Below are positions 50,104 through 64,000 of a DNA stretch of 64,000 nt, piece by piece (position 1 is the first letter of the stretch; each line of letters starts with the position of its first letter). The stretch covers positions 2,542,001 to 2,606,000 of the forward strand of contig NC_087437.1 of assembly GCF_036321535.1 (NCBI RefSeq), read 5' to 3'. The stretch comes from Camelus dromedarius (Eukaryota). A program made the translations under genes and the position numbers. Under the pieces are notes generated by a model. The model was given only the letters and a program-made list of their open reading frames with translations, made no database searches and was not told where the DNA came from.

Positions 50104-52486
50104 CTGCAATACTAAAGATTAGGAGAAAAAATTAAACTACATAATATACTTAAACTAATATATTAAACACTGTTCCAGATACAAGTATCAGCACCCAGTT
50201 GTTACTGATGTGAACACGTGTGTAAGTTATACCCTCCTCATAACTGGGCTTGTGATGGACCCCGCTCTCATAAGCAGTATTACAGCGATGGGAAGAAGGT
50301 CTTGAAGTGGAAGAGCAGTTGGCTTGGAATTTAAACACCTAACTGCAGCTCTATATGATGCAAGCTGTGTAATCATGGGCAAGTCACTTAACCACTCTGA
50401 GCTTCAAGTTTCAAAACTGAAAAAGGGTTAATCATACCTCAAGAGTGTTCATGGAGCTGGAGGTGCTATTTGCAGATAAAGAACATTAATATTTGAGTTA
50501 AATCATATTTAGGAATTGGCATTTGAATGGAATTCTCTTGTCCCTAAACCAAGAGTATCTTTTTATGAAAAAAAAACCTACAATGTTGTATTATTTTATG
50601 TGTATTAGCATATAGCAAATTACAATAAATTAAATCAGTTCATTACTATTGATTAAGATCAATCCAGCTACTGCTAAATTATTAAAGGTTAGTATTGTAT
50701 CTGCTAAACTTTCCACAGCATTTAATACCCAAAGCTGAAAATGCTTTAACATTCATTCATACATGGATTTACCACTTACTAGGGTTTTATTTATTGTGGT
50801 AAATTACACATAGCATCACATTGACCATTAGTGACCTTCAGTACTTTGACAATGTTGTGCGACCATCACCATTATCTAGTTCTGGAATGTTTTCATCACC
50901 CAGAAGCAGAAACTCTGTGTCCATTAAACACTCACTCCCCATTCCACCCCCATCCTCAGCCTCTACACCACCTTTTGTTTATCCATTCCTCAGCTGATAA
51001 ATACTTAGGTTGTTTCTACTTTTTTTTTTTTTTTTTTTTTTTTTGGCTACTATGGATAATACTGCTATGAACATTCTGTATAAATTTTTGTGTGGATGTA
51101 TGTTTTTATTTCTCTTGACTGTTCTGCACGGGCTGCCACATTTTATCTTCCTACCAGCAACACTGCACTTGCCTTCCCTGTCACCATATCAGTACCCAAT
51201 TCATCAGGAAAGAATGCCCTCTTAGCTCCCCACCCTGCATATGTCCATGGACACAGCCTCTAATTACTCAGGCCAATCTGCAGAAGAGTAAAACAGCAAA
51301 TAGCCAAGGCCCTCGGTGCCAGGTGTTGTTACTGCCTTATATGTATTTATGCAGCCTTTGAACCAGTATAACATGTAAACATGGCTTCTACATTTCCCCC
51401 GTCACTAGGAAAAATGTCTCTTGGACACTCCCTTATCAAAACCTTTGTATATTCCCAAATGAAAGTGCTTCATTTCACCTGCAACTTGGAAAAGATACTA
51501 AACAATAGCAACTGTTAATCTTTAGAGAAATAATTCATAGAAAGAAAATATGTAGAGAATGAGACAAATACATGGTTCTTCCCAAAAAGCTTTGAAAATT
51601 TTCCTTAAGTCAACAGCTGCACTCTAGAGTTTTATAAATTAATGACTCAGCAACATTTTAATTGTCTTTATGATGATACATGAGATTTTGGTAGCATAGG
51701 GTGAGAAGGACAAGAAAAGAGTTGAGTGCTTGCTATGCATACTAGATGTGCATAAGAAGAACGTGACTTGGGCTGTGGTTGTTCCAGGTGGCAGATGTGA
51801 AAGTTGCATGACCCCAGTGAACCCGGGAGTGTCGACTCAGGATGGCCACGTTCCCCATCCTCACTCCAACCAAGAATGTTTCATGGAAAACTGACCTGCA
51901 CTCCATGGACTCATACCTTTGTTTTAAGATGATCACCTGTCTACAGACACCAGGTAAGATAATCTGTACACAGCAACTCAGAAAGCCTAATATTTGATGG
52001 CATAATTCACTTTATTTCTGTAAGTAAATCCTGTCTTCAAAGGAATTAACTTGGCAGTGTAAAGGCAACTTTTCAAATGTAACTGGACTACTTAATAGTA
52101 CTTGCACAAGAAAGATATTCCAGGGATTGAGAAACACAGATACTCCCCAGGCATCGGGGGCAGGCTGTTAGAGAGGGGCCCTGGAGACCTGATCTCGTGA
52201 TCCTCTTTCCACTTACACGAACACCATGAACTCATGAAGATCCAACTCCCCAGGTGGCTCCTATAGCCCATTTGAAAAACCGCTGATCAAAACTAAAGGA
52301 CAGTCCTCCAATAGTTCCCCCTATTTATCATCAATTGCACATAGAAACCTTTTTGGGGGGAGAGTACAAGGCATACAAGTGTCATTATGGGAGGTCAGAA
52401 AGTGAGTCACTGACTTAGTATATAATCCAATTTAAATGTTTCCCTTTATAACTCATGTAATATCAGGACCAAGCTGTAGGTCTTAC

Positions 52487-52633
52487 ATAAAGGTGGCCAC
52501 GACGTTCACCGTGGGCCAGCCCAAGCAAAGGACTTGCATGCATTGATGGCTTCCCCTGCTTTTGTCTGTACAGTTGGCAGTCCACACGGTGTTCAGTGGG
52601 ATTTTATATTTTATATTGAAGTTCTTTTTATAC
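52487..52633 (-). pseudogene. ARHGAP20-like: ARHGAP20-like exon (147 nt, PH domain)
   Basis: YKKNFNIKYKIPLNTVWTANCTD...LGWPTVNVVATF vs YNNNFKIKNKIKLTDMWTASCVD...LGWPTVNFVATF; AG and GTAAGA boundaries. Confidence 0.92.
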
Positions 52634-55600
52634 CTGCAAAGATAACCAGACAAGACTTCTGTTAGTTTGTTTCTTAAATGTAATGAGGCCACTGTGTTCT
52701 TGGTAAAATGCTAGTTCTCACTACTCCAGGCAAAGCATGGCTTCTTCAACTCTATTACCCTCTGTGCACAGCACAGGGAGTGGTTAGGAAGGCCTTTCCC
52801 AAATCTGTGTTAAGCAGAGCATAGTCCAGGAAGGCCCTGAAAACACTTCCATGATGGTAGCAAATAGGCGTTTTCTGAATGATGAGAAATGAGAATGGAC
52901 CATGGTTTATATTTTAGAGATTTACCAGAGAACCATTAAATCGTTTATTCTTACATTTGTTATTATATATTATGTATGTAATTTTTGTAATTATTGTAAT
53001 TTATTATTCATTCATGTCTTGCTTCAAAAAACATTGGAGGGACTGAACAAAGTTACATGATACATGATTTGTAAAAATAGTTATGCAATTTTTTTAACAG
53101 AGAAAAAGATTTAGAATACATTTTTTACGTTAATTTTTAAGATTTTCTAGCTTTTAAAGCATAGGTTATTTTAAATTTCCTTTCCTTAGATTTTGTCTGT
53201 AACATTTTCTCTTAAAGTCTATCTAAAGCAGAAAAACTTAGCATACAGACTAAACCCAACTTAAAAATCAATGAAACAATCAATCCCAGACCAGTGGCCA
53301 GGATGTCTTCTATGTAAGTGAAGGACGTATTTTGCGTTTACCTCTGAGGAGTCAGAAGGTGAGTATCACCAGTGAAATTGCTTTCTGACTGTTTCGGCCT
53401 ATTCTCTTTTGACTTCTAACATGAAACACTGTATCTCTTGGTTAACTCACACATGAAGTGCTCATGTAGGCCTAGGATTTAATCACAGCTACACGCCCTA
53501 TGAAGGATGCCTAGGGAACTTGGGCACAGCGCTCTGGAAAGCCCTGCTATTCAGAACCATGTGTAGAAACACTCAAGGTTAAATGAGATCAGAGACAGCA
53601 CATGTGCAGACATTCCAATGACTCCACTGATTCATGGAAGAGTTAAGAAACACCTCTTCAGTGGGGTTTATGGAATGAAAATAATGAAAGGTCTAGATTC
53701 AAAGCTCAGGGCACCATGAGTATAAATATGATGGAAACTTGTCTTCTGATACAGGATGGGCTTTTGCTGCATTCCGTTTTATCAGTTTTACCCTATGTCT
53801 GTGTATTTGAAAGTTTTTATGAAACACCATCAGATAAAATTATTTTTCTAGACAGTGACTGTAAAGGCATTATCAAGCTAAAAGTATGTGGCCGGTGGGA
53901 ATTATAGACACATATATCTGCTAGATTTTACACTTTTTTTTTTTTTCTGATGTAGGTGTCTGTGTATAGACACTTGAGGTACTGTGTAGAAACTTTCAGA
54001 CAGACCTAGAAAAGGTCGTTTCAGGAATTCTCTCCTTAGTTCAATGAAGTGCCAACATTATGCACTCCCTTGAAACTAAACCAAGAAATTATCTGAAAAC
54101 CTAGAGCAGGGTTTCCACTCTTCTGTAACACTGAGCACTTACCATATGCCAAGCATTGTTCTAAATATTTTATAAACATTATTTTATTTCATTGCCAAAT
54201 GACTACATCATATAGTCATTATTAGCCTCATTTTATGGGTGAGGAAACTCACAGAGAGGCTAAACAAATTGCCAGGAGCAACAAAAAATGGATTTGAACC
54301 CAGACTGTGTAACTCATGAGTCTGTGCTAACAACCACTTGGCGTCCATGGGTGTTGACCTATAGTTCCCTGAAGTACCCACCTCCTCTTTCCTGCTTTTT
54401 CCCTAGAGCCACCAGGCTTTCTGATGGGACTGTTCTTTCACTTGGGGAGTGAGATGATAAATCTCATGACATCGTATCAAAAAGGCAGATGTTAGTGTAG
54501 AAATATTTAAAATATCACAATAAAACTTTATCTTCCAGGGGATTCTCCTAGAGTCTCACTGTGTTTCTTCATACCCAGTCACCTACTCGGAGATTTTCTC
54601 AGTAGGAATTAGAGAATCAATCTAATGTTAAGTGGATCAAGGAAAAGGGAGAGGAGGACTGAACTTTCAGTTTACATCATGTGTCCTTATTACAATCTGT
54701 TAACAAGATGGAAACCCCTCCCCTTTCCTCCCCCTCAACCTTTATAGCAGAGGGCGAGTCCCAGTGAGCTGTGGAATTTGTAAGATTCTGCAGAAATTCC
54801 CCTATTCTCAGACAGGGGTGTTCCCTCAGATGCTTGGGAGTTGGGATCATGAAAGATTCTATTAGTACCTTTCATTTCAATAAGTTATCAGTAATCTTCA
54901 TCTTTAGACCTAAATAAAATTTGTCTTTCATTGTCTCTGTATTCTTTAATAACTAAATTTGAGCAGTGATGTCTAAAGATGGTGTGTGCTATATGAGGTC
55001 CCCATTTACAGGTTCTTCATAGGACTCTACTAGTACTAATATGTTAATGTTTATAATGTAGATCCTGTTCTAAAAAATAAAATAACAATTTTGTTAGGAA
55101 AAACTATTAAGCATTTCAGTGAATATCAAAGTGATATTGAAGACTTTATCTGACTTTAATTCTTGAGAACAGAAGTTTCTAATGTATGTAGTATGAAAAA
55201 TGACAAAAATCTCAAAACAATTGTCACTGAATATTAGCATCTCACACAACTGGAGAAATATCTCTGAAAAAATAAACATTTAAGTCCCATTTATTACTAT
55301 ACGCAAACTGAAATTCACCTATTCTGACCAAATACATAGGTAGCAGTTAGTCAGCTGTTCCATTTGTGCTGGCTTCTGCAGTATAAATCTGAAGAGGAGT
55401 GAGTTTCCAGCTGAAGTCCAGGTGAGCTGAGGCAGAATGGAACCTCAGTCCCCCCACCCCCACCGTTCTTATGGCTAAGTGGAAAAACTTGGTGCCAAAC
55501 TGAGATTGTTAATTTGAACAGATTGATTCAGGACAGAACACAATACTCCATCTAAGAGTGCGATATGGCAGGGGAGAAATAAGTTTATCGGCTCAAGAGG

Positions 55601-56503
55601 ATTTTGTTTAGCTGTAGTTTCTTACTGGAAAATGTAAATTATTTCATATTAACAATGATCATGAATACACTCAAATATTAATATGAGAGTGATCTTGTAG
55701 GTGGTTTTCTAAAAATCATTGTGAGAACTTGTACAAGGTGGCAGCATTCGGTCCTGCTAGTTATTACCACCTACAGAACTGCGTCTCCCTCATCCCCGCT
55801 AACACCCCGTTTTATGCATTGAAGCCCTCACTGACAGTATGGCTGTATTTGGGGACAGAGCATTTAGGATGTAATTAAGGTTAAATGAGGTCATCAGGGT
55901 AAGATTCTAATCCAATAGGATTGGTGGGCTTCTAGAGGAGGGAGAGAGGTCTCCCCATATGCCGAAAATTTTGCTAATATAAACCAGATATGGTGACTGC
56001 TGGTGATACTGGCTCAGCATAGTATTTCAGCCCCTTCTTATGGCCTGTGGAGACCCCGTGTGACTGGGACCCCTGAACACAGTATTATATCTAATATGCC
56101 CCACACTGTAGGCTCCAGTCACATTGGCTTTCATTGATCTCCTCCCTCCCAGAGGCCAAGCTGCACCCACCTAGGCCTGCTGTCTCTCAGCCTATAAGGC
56201 GCAGACACCTTGTCTGGGAATGGTGGCTGCTGCTCATCCCATAGGTGCAGTTTAAAGGCTGCCACTTTGAGCAGCCCTGCTAGACATCCCCTCTGTAATA
56301 GCAGCCTGTCATCTTCTTTACATGGTGTCCTGTCTACCTTGTATTAGAAGCACTGATAATGATCTGTAGTTTCCCCCTCTCTTACTTTTATCACCTGTCT
56401 GAAAGCCCCAGACAAGAGAGACCCTGCCTGTCACATTTTCTTACAGTAAGGGTTAGTGGACATGCAACTTTATGATAATCGAAAGAGCGTAGGGTATGCA
56501 TAC

Positions 56504-56668
56504 TTGACTTTAGATGTAAGCAATGTATCACTGTTTGGGACGAGTTGCCCCTTCTGCCTCCTCCAGCCTCTTACGAGCTCTATGGGGCCATGAATCAGCA
56601 CGGTATGATTGGTGTCCTCAGATGATGTATTTTCACTGTGGTCCCCCACCGCAACAGAAGGGCTTTTC
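56504..56668 (-). pseudogene. ARHGAP20-like: ARHGAP20-like exon (165 nt, PH domain start)
   Basis: KSPSVAVGDHSENTSSEDTNHTVLIHGPIELVRGWRRQKGQLVPNSDTLLTSKVK vs DSPSASVDTCTFLSSLVCSNRTLLIDGRAELKRGLQRQERHLFLFNDLFVVAKIK; tgcag| acceptor and |GTATGC donor. Confidence 0.85.
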
Positions 56669-58271
56669 CTGCAAAACATCAAACAACCACAGAACAGCTA
56701 GTCACTGGTCAAATATGTGATGGAGTTTATGTTAAACATCAAGGTTGACACAGCCTCAATCTCCCAAACAGGGCTTCACAGCTCAAAATCAGGAGTTAGT
56801 AAGTTATAGAAAGCTATTAAAAGGAATGAGGTTCCTTAGGGTTTGAAGTGGATGGAATACAGTTTCAAGGACAAGGTGCTAGGGCATGCCACTCTTAGAG
56901 GTGGGGAAAAGGATAAGACAGCAGAGTTGATCATGAACTATAGGGAAGGGGAGAACCAAGAGGCTTAAGACATAGTGTATTACAAGAAGGTAAAAAACAA
57001 AAAGAAAACCCCAATTAGGATGATTTGTGGCCTAACGTAGATAAGATGATATGGAGTCTTGCAAAGGAGTAATTATAATTTGGTTTCATTTTAACATAAA
57101 AATTCAGATAACAGGATTTTTGTAAACTGACTCCAATCTCATCTAAATCAATATTCAGATTCTGGGGGAAAATTCTGAAAGATCAGCAAATAATATTGGA
57201 AACATTTAAAAGTTTCTAAATATGAGGAAATTCTTAGCTCTATTATTTGGCTGAGCTACAGCTAAGCTCTAACAGCTAAGCTTCATCATAGGTAAAACAG
57301 CTAAATTGAACAGAACATAAAAACTCTGATAAATAGGCCAGATATTTTCATAGATCTACAGAAAGTTTTTTCCTTTGGAGTTAAGAAAGTGACCCCCCCC
57401 CCCAACGAAGAATATAAAATCTGCTTTCTTGTGCTCAGCAGCACTGAATCTTAAAAACATGAGTAATATTTCATGAAACCAGTTCTGAAGGTAAAAAATT
57501 GTTCATAGGTTTTAGAGGAAACAAACCTCCTGTGACCACCAGTCTGCTTTGTTGATCAAAAATAGTATATGTATGACTTAACTATTTCGCTGTACACCAG
57601 ATTAACACAGCATTGTAAACTGTCTTTACTTCAATAAAAAAAGTTTCACATGATATGATATAATTCAGATACATGATATTATTAACAGTGAAAAAAAGTA
57701 TATTAAAAGATTACCTTACGTGGTGAAACCTTGAATGACCTAAACACTCACTGATTGAGGTGAACATCCTTTTTTCTTTAATTCTTGGCTCTGAAAACCG
57801 AGTGTGTCTACAGCACTTGGCAGAGTGCTGTGAACTACTCCAGAAAGCCTGAGGCTTCTGCAGCAGTCAGGGTCACTGGCCGTTAGGATGTCAAGGTTCT
57901 GAGACTCATGCCATAACTGACAAACTGACATACTTGTTTCCCTGATTTTGCCTCCACCTTTTGACTTTTAAAAATTAATCTTTTTTATTTTGAGATAACT
58001 GTAGATTGGCATGCAGCTGTAAGAAATAACAGAGGGTCTATAACCTTTTACCCAGTTCCCCCCAAAGGTAATCTCACTCTAAGTTATACTGCAATATCAC
58101 AATTAGGATATTAACATTGATACAGTTAAGACACAGAGCATCTCCATCACCTCAAGGATCCTTTATGTTACTCTTTCACAGCCATACAGACTTCCCTCCC
58201 ACTTTACCATCTCTTATTCCCTGGAAACCTATAATATGTTCCCCATTTCTTTAATTTTGCCATTTCTAGAA

Positions 58272-58380
58272 TTTTTTTTTTACTTTTTGAAAATTTTTTT
58301 TATTTTTTACACTTTTTATTGAGTGATAGTCATTTTACAATATTGTGTCAAATTCTAGTGTAGAGCACAATTTAACAGTT

Positions 58381-58441
<61 letters not shown>

Positions 58442-60497
58442 TTGTCACATTTTTTTCTGCTATGAGCTACCACAAGATCTTGTATATATTTCCCTGTGCT
58501 ATGCAGTATAATCTTGTTTATCTATTGTACAATTTTGAAATCCCATCTATCCCTTCCCACCCCCCACCCCCTTGGCAACAACAAGTTTGTATTCAATGTC
58601 TATGAGTCTGTTCTATTTGGATTTATATTTTGTTTTTGTTTTTGTTTTTGTTTTAGATTCCTCATATGAGCGATCTTATATGGTATTTCTCTTTCTCTTT
58701 CTGGCTTACTTCACTTAGGATGACATTCTCCAGGAACATCCATGTTGCTGCAGACAGCGTTATGTTGTCAGTTTTTATGGCTAAATAATATTCCATCATA
58801 TAAATATACCACAACTTTTTCCAGTCATCTGTTGATAGACGTTTAGGCTGCTTCCATGTCTTGGCAATTGTAAATAGTGCTGCTATGAACATTGAGGTGC
58901 AGGTGTCTTTTTGAATTAGGGTTCCTTCTGGATATATGCCCAGGAGCGGGATTCCTGGGTCATATGGTAAGTCTATTCCTAGTCTTTTGAGGAATCTCCA
59001 TGCTGCTCTCCACAGTGGCTGCACCAAACTGCATTCCCACCAGCAGTGTAGGAGGGTTCCCCTTTTCTCCACAGCCTCTCCAGCATTTGTCATTTGTGTA
59101 CTTTTGAATGATGTCCATTCTGGCTGGTGTGAGGTGATACCTCATTGTAGTTTTGATTTGCATTTCTCTGATAATTAGTGATATTGAGTGTTTTTTCATG
59201 TGCCTATTGATCATTTGTATTTCTTCCTTGGAGAATTGCTTGTTTAGGTCTTTTGCCTATTTTTGGATTGGGTTGTTTGGTTGTTTCTTACTAAGTCATA
59301 TGAGCTGCTTATATATTCTGGAGATCAAGCCTTTGTCGGTTTCATTTTCAAAAATTTTCTCCCATTCTGTAGGTTGTCTTTGTTTTACTTATGGTTTCCT
59401 TTGCTGTGCAGAAGCTTGTAAGTTTCATTAGGTCCCATTTGTTTATTCTTGCTTTTATTTCTATTGCTTGTGTAGACTGTTCTAGAAGAACATTTTTGAG
59501 ATGTATGTCAGATAATGTTTTGCCTATATTTTCTTCTAGGAGGTTTATTGTATCTTGTCTTATGTTTAAGCCTTTGATCCATTTTGAGTTTATTTTTGTG
59601 TATGGTGTAAGGGAGTGTTCTAGCCTCATTGCTTTACATGCTGCTGTCCAGGTTTCCCAACACCATTTGCTGAAGAGACTGTCTTGATTCCATTGTCTAT
59701 TCTTGCCTCCTTTGTCGAAGATTAGTTGACCAAAAGTTTGTGGGTTCATTTCTGGGTTCTCTATTCTGTTCCATTGGTCTATATATCTGTTTTTGTACTA
59801 GTACCATGCTGTTTTGATGACTGTAGCTCTATAGTATTGTCTGAAGTCTGGGAGAGTTATTCCTTCAGCCTCTTTCTTTCCCTTCAGTAATGCTTTGGCA
59901 ATTCTAGGTCTTTGATGGTTCTATATAAATTTTATTATGATTTGTTCTAGTTCTGTGAAATATGTCCTGGGTAATTTGATAGAGATTGCATTAAATCTGT
60001 AGATTGCCTTGGGCAGTGTGACCATTTTAACAATATTGATTATTCCAATCCAAGAGCATGGGGTATCTTTCCATTTTTTAAAGTCTTCTTTAATTTCCTT
60101 CATCAATGGTTTATAGTTTTCTGTGTATAATTCTTTCACCTCCTTGGTTAGATTTATTCCTAGGTACTTTATTACTTTGGGTGCTATTTTAAAGGGGCTT
60201 GTTTCTTTACTTTCTTTTTCTGTTGATTCATCATTAGTGTAAAGAAATGCAACTAATTTTTGAACGTTAATCTTGTAACCTGCTACCTTGCTGAATTTTT
60301 CAATCAGCTCTAGTAGTTTTTGTGTGGACCTTTTAGGGTTTTCTATATATAGTAACATGTCATCAGCATATAGTGACACTGTTACCTCTTCTTTTCCAAT
60401 TTGGATCCCTTTTATTTCTCTCTCTTGCCTGATTGCTGTGGCTAGGACTTCCAAGACTATGTTGAGTAGGAGTGGTGATAGTGGGCATCCTTGTCTT
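58272..60497 (-). mobile_element. Young 5'-truncated L1 (ORF2 RT and C-terminus, frameshifted) with internal (TA)n at 58393-58438
   Basis: [19 protein letters not shown]...[23 protein letters not shown]...[29 protein letters not shown]-rich tail at the left end. Confidence 0.97.
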
Positions 60498-62504
60498 GAC
60501 ATTTGATGCATTTTTATGTTGTTGATCCAGTGTTTCCGATTCATGTCATAAGTCTGGTGATCTATTTTGGATAACACGACTGGCCGTAAGTAGTGATAGG
60601 AAATAGAATAGGGAGTGAACTTTGACCTTAGGGTGCTGCATGGAACCCTGCCTGACTCATGTTGCTAGTCTTTTGTAAGCAAAAAGTGAAATGCCCATCA
60701 GGCATCCCAGAGGGGAACTTCATGTAGAAAGACGCAGAGTGTAGGGTGGTGAGGACACACCAGCACCACACAGGCAGCCCACCCTGCCTCGGGACGGCCT
60801 GCCCTGGCTTGCTTCTGACTCTTACTTAAGTGGGTGTGACATCATTTCCAACCTCCCTTCGTATGATTCTTTATGTGCACATCACCCATACTAATACTGA
60901 TACATTTTTTCTTAAACTAGTGTGTATACTTTAAAAATCTTTATCTCATGATTTGCTAAAATGTGTTATATATTTTTTCTGAATACAGATTAAAACATAA
61001 TTACTAAAAAAAAAAAAAATGTTTAAAGCCTGTCACCAAGCAACCTAAAATCAACTAACATGATGGCAATAAAACACACCGTAATATTCTAAAAGACTAA
61101 AAACCTGGCATATATTGGGACAGATGCATGTTACCCCAGTCCTCAGGTTTCTGTTCCAATCCTGATGATGGAAAGTCGGACTGGAGAAATACTTTGGGCC
61201 CCTCTCTCCACCTTTCTTACTGCATCTTATGCAACAAAGAAGAACCCTTTCTGAGATTTACAGGAGCTCAGGTAGAGTGTTTTGTAATTCTGTCCTTGGC
61301 GTTCAGGGTGCAGGGCCTGCTAGTCCCACGTTGGAGCTGGGCTTGAGTGAGGAAGATTGAAGTTGTCTGACTGTTCATTTGTGGAGTAGTATGAACCTCT
61401 TTTTCTGCTGTGAGTCTAAGCTTCGTTCTCCTACCCAGCTTTACTAGTGAATCCTTTGTTTTGGATAGGAGTATATACATTTCAATATCCTTCTGTCTTG
61501 TGTTTTGTTTTCAAGCTGGTTAAAATCCAGTTTCTACTTTATTCTAACCCAGACAAATTCCAGCACAACACTCAGTTATAAAAACAAGTGAGAGAATGAG
61601 AGATGAAAATATATGCTTCTGTAACACAGTAAAATACTCTTGTTTATAAACATTTTGTGATAGCTTATTATGAAAAAGTTTCTTTTTTTTTTAAGTTGAT
61701 TTAACTTGATATTCAAATATTGTGTCTACAAGTTCTCACTTCCCCAACTTGGGGCTTGATTCATGTGATATTATATATAGCCTCCTTGGCTGAGTCTACA
61801 CTCTGCAGCAGGGGAACCCTTCCCTGTTGCTTAGCCTTTGGGACATAATGAGATGTAGTAGAAAGAATATTGGCTTTGGAGTTGAAGTTGGGCAAGTTAC
61901 TTAACCTCCCTGAATCTGTTTTCACGTGTGGAGAATGGGGGTGGCAACTCATAGGGCTGTGAGGATTGAGGTAATGATTGCATTGTACTAATTTGATACC
62001 TGATCCTTCCCCCGGTGCCCCCTGCACACATTCACAAATGAGTTAAAGATACTCTTTGAAGGGTTCTTTCTCCCTACCCAGTGTTCATGGTTATCCTCTG
62101 GGACTCACTAGGCATCAGCAGCTATAAAACCTTCATTCCGGATCCAGTCCTTCTCTTTCCACCCTCTTCTCCCTTCATGGCCCTGAACTGAGGTTTTGGA
62201 GCTACTCCTTACTCCAGAGGACTCGTCACTTGGGACTCAGACGTCATCATTTGCTTCATGGCTCTCCCCATGTCCCATCACCAGCTCCAAGAACTCAGGC
62301 TGTCGTCCAAGTCTTCTACTTTCCCACCAACCCCAAGCTCTGTTTACCTAGAAGGAACCAGGCTGAACTGGTACACGGCACACAGTAGGTGATCATTGCC
62401 TATGAATTTCCTTTCTTGGACCTGGAAGCTGTGAACTGGTTTTTACAGAGCCGTATTGACTATTATGATTGAGTACAGTGATCTAAGAACTGTGTTTTAA
62501 TTTA

Positions 62505-63230
62505 CTATTTTTTTTATTATTGATGCAAAATCAGTTTACAGTGTTGTGTCAGTTTCTGGTGTACAGCAAAATTTTTTAGTCATACATTAATACACAATAT
62601 TCATTTTCATACTTTTTCACTATGAAGTACTATAAGATCTTGAATATATTTCCCTGTGCTATACAGTATAAATTTGTTTATCTATTCTATGTATACTTGT
62701 CAGTATCTACAAATCTCTCAAACTCCAAGTTTATCCCTTCCCACCCCCCTCCCCTCTGGCAACCACAAGTTTGTATTCTGTCTCTGTTTTATATTTAAGT
62801 TCATTTGTCTTTTTTTTTTTTTTAGATTCCACATATGAATGACATCATATGGTATTTTTATTTCTCTTTCTGGCTTACTTCACTTAGAATGACAGTCTCC
62901 AGGGCATCCATGTTGCTGCAAATGGCATTATGTTGTCATTTTTATGGCCAAATAATATTCCATTGTATAAATATACCACAACTTTTTCCAGTCATCTGTT
63001 GATAGACGTTTAGGCTGCTTCCATGTCTTGGCAATTGTAAATAGTGCTGCTATGAACATTGAGGTGCAGGTGTCTTTTTGAATTAGGGTTCCTTCTGGAT
63101 ATATGCCCAGGAGTGGGATTGATGGTTCATATGGTAAATCTATTCCTAATCTTTTGAGGAATCTCCATGCTGTTTTCCACAGTGGCTGCACCAAATTACA
63201 TTCCCACCAGCAGTGTAGGAGGGTTCTCCA
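62505..63230 (-). mobile_element. 5'-truncated L1 3' end
   Basis: [34 protein letters not shown]...; 3'UTR and T-rich tail. Confidence 0.93.
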
Positions 63231-63420
63231 CACCTCCCTCATAGCATTTTTTAAGTACACATTTCAGTGCTCTGTCAGCTGTTGTTGGGTTAAAGCAAGT
63301 TAAACAGATTAGCTTATGTCATCAGTTTATAGGAGCATCTTATCGGAATCAGCAATTTCTACCTAGTTCATGGACTATGGGAAGAGTGGGCTGAGACATC
63401 GGATCATGTGGAGAATGGGG

Positions 63421-63447
63421 TGTGTGTGTGTATGTGTGTGTGTGTGT
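63421..63447. repeat. (TG)n microsatellite
   Basis: Interrupted tg run. Confidence 0.85.
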
Positions 63448-64000
63448 ATGATGATGGTGGTTCACTGGGGGAGCCTCTCAGCTCAGCTTGTCCTTGGAAT
63501 GATAGAGAGCTTAGCAGTGACTGGGCACTGGTGATTTAAAGAGCTAGAAGCAGGCCCTGATTGGCCAACCAAGGAGAGGCAGCGCTGGAGCTCAGGTCTG
63601 CTGAGTCCCATTGTAATTCATAACTCTCCAGCTTAACTAAGAATTTCTAAGGAGCTGTTTTCTACCCATTCCTCTACTTAAGACTAGTCAGTTTGTACTG
63701 AAACTATCTACAAATTCAATGCCCAAGATCTTGGATCAAATTGTGTATTTCTCCCAACTACTTTTTTTCAAGAGAAGAAAATTGGTGGGAACCTAGATCA
63801 CAATTCTGTGATAATTTAATATTACCAAGAAACAGCCTACCCCTGCCTGCCCCCCCCACTCCACTGCCAGTTGGACTGAAATTGTTTTAGTGACAATTTC
63901 TTTGTAAAAACCAAAGCACAGAGCCTTTCACAGAGACTGAGCTTTCATAGCTTTTCAAAAAAGAACAAAGGCTGGGGAAGGGCTGGAATATAGAAAGAGG

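Noticed and set aside
57752..57857. Possible upstream ARHGAP20-like exon (cag|...|GTGAGT)
   Set aside because: The frame needed to join the next exon contains TAG and there is no similarity to ARHGAP20 exon 2; at most a non-coding exon
59921..60577. 218-aa reverse-transcriptase ORF as an active element
   Set aside because: 5'-truncated, frameshifted L1 ORF2; the first ~26 codons come from flanking DNA

Overview
Mammalian genomic DNA, most likely a camelid: there is a Vic-1-type tRNA-derived SINE and young L1 3' ends of a matching type. The window reads as a segmental-duplication mosaic in which four intron-containing gene pieces and one large retrocopy all lie on the minus strand. In transcription order (high to low coordinate): (1) a decayed ARHGAP20-like fragment of 7 exons covering the PH and RA regions (56668-43980); (2) a copy of the MAPK1/ERK2 CpG-island promoter, frameshifted exon 1 and intron-1 start (~40000-39400); (3) a 3'-truncated CCM2 processed pseudogene that appears to record an unusual splice isoform (29700-28328); (4) four consecutive decayed COL12A1 fibronectin-III exons (19320-16567); (5) a 16-bp GC-rich minisatellite fused to an L1 3' end; (6) an apparently intact ANKRD26/POTE-family ankyrin gene with 9 in-frame coding exons (12099-1310) that has not reached a stop and probably continues past the left edge. 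There are also small retroposed mRNA fragments (RPS3 3'UTR, two or three unidentified), many L1/L2/MIR/MLT/DNA-transposon remnants, a likely L1 gene-conversion tract and GC-shifted patches. All gene and repeat names come from recalled sequences and hand translation; no database search was run.
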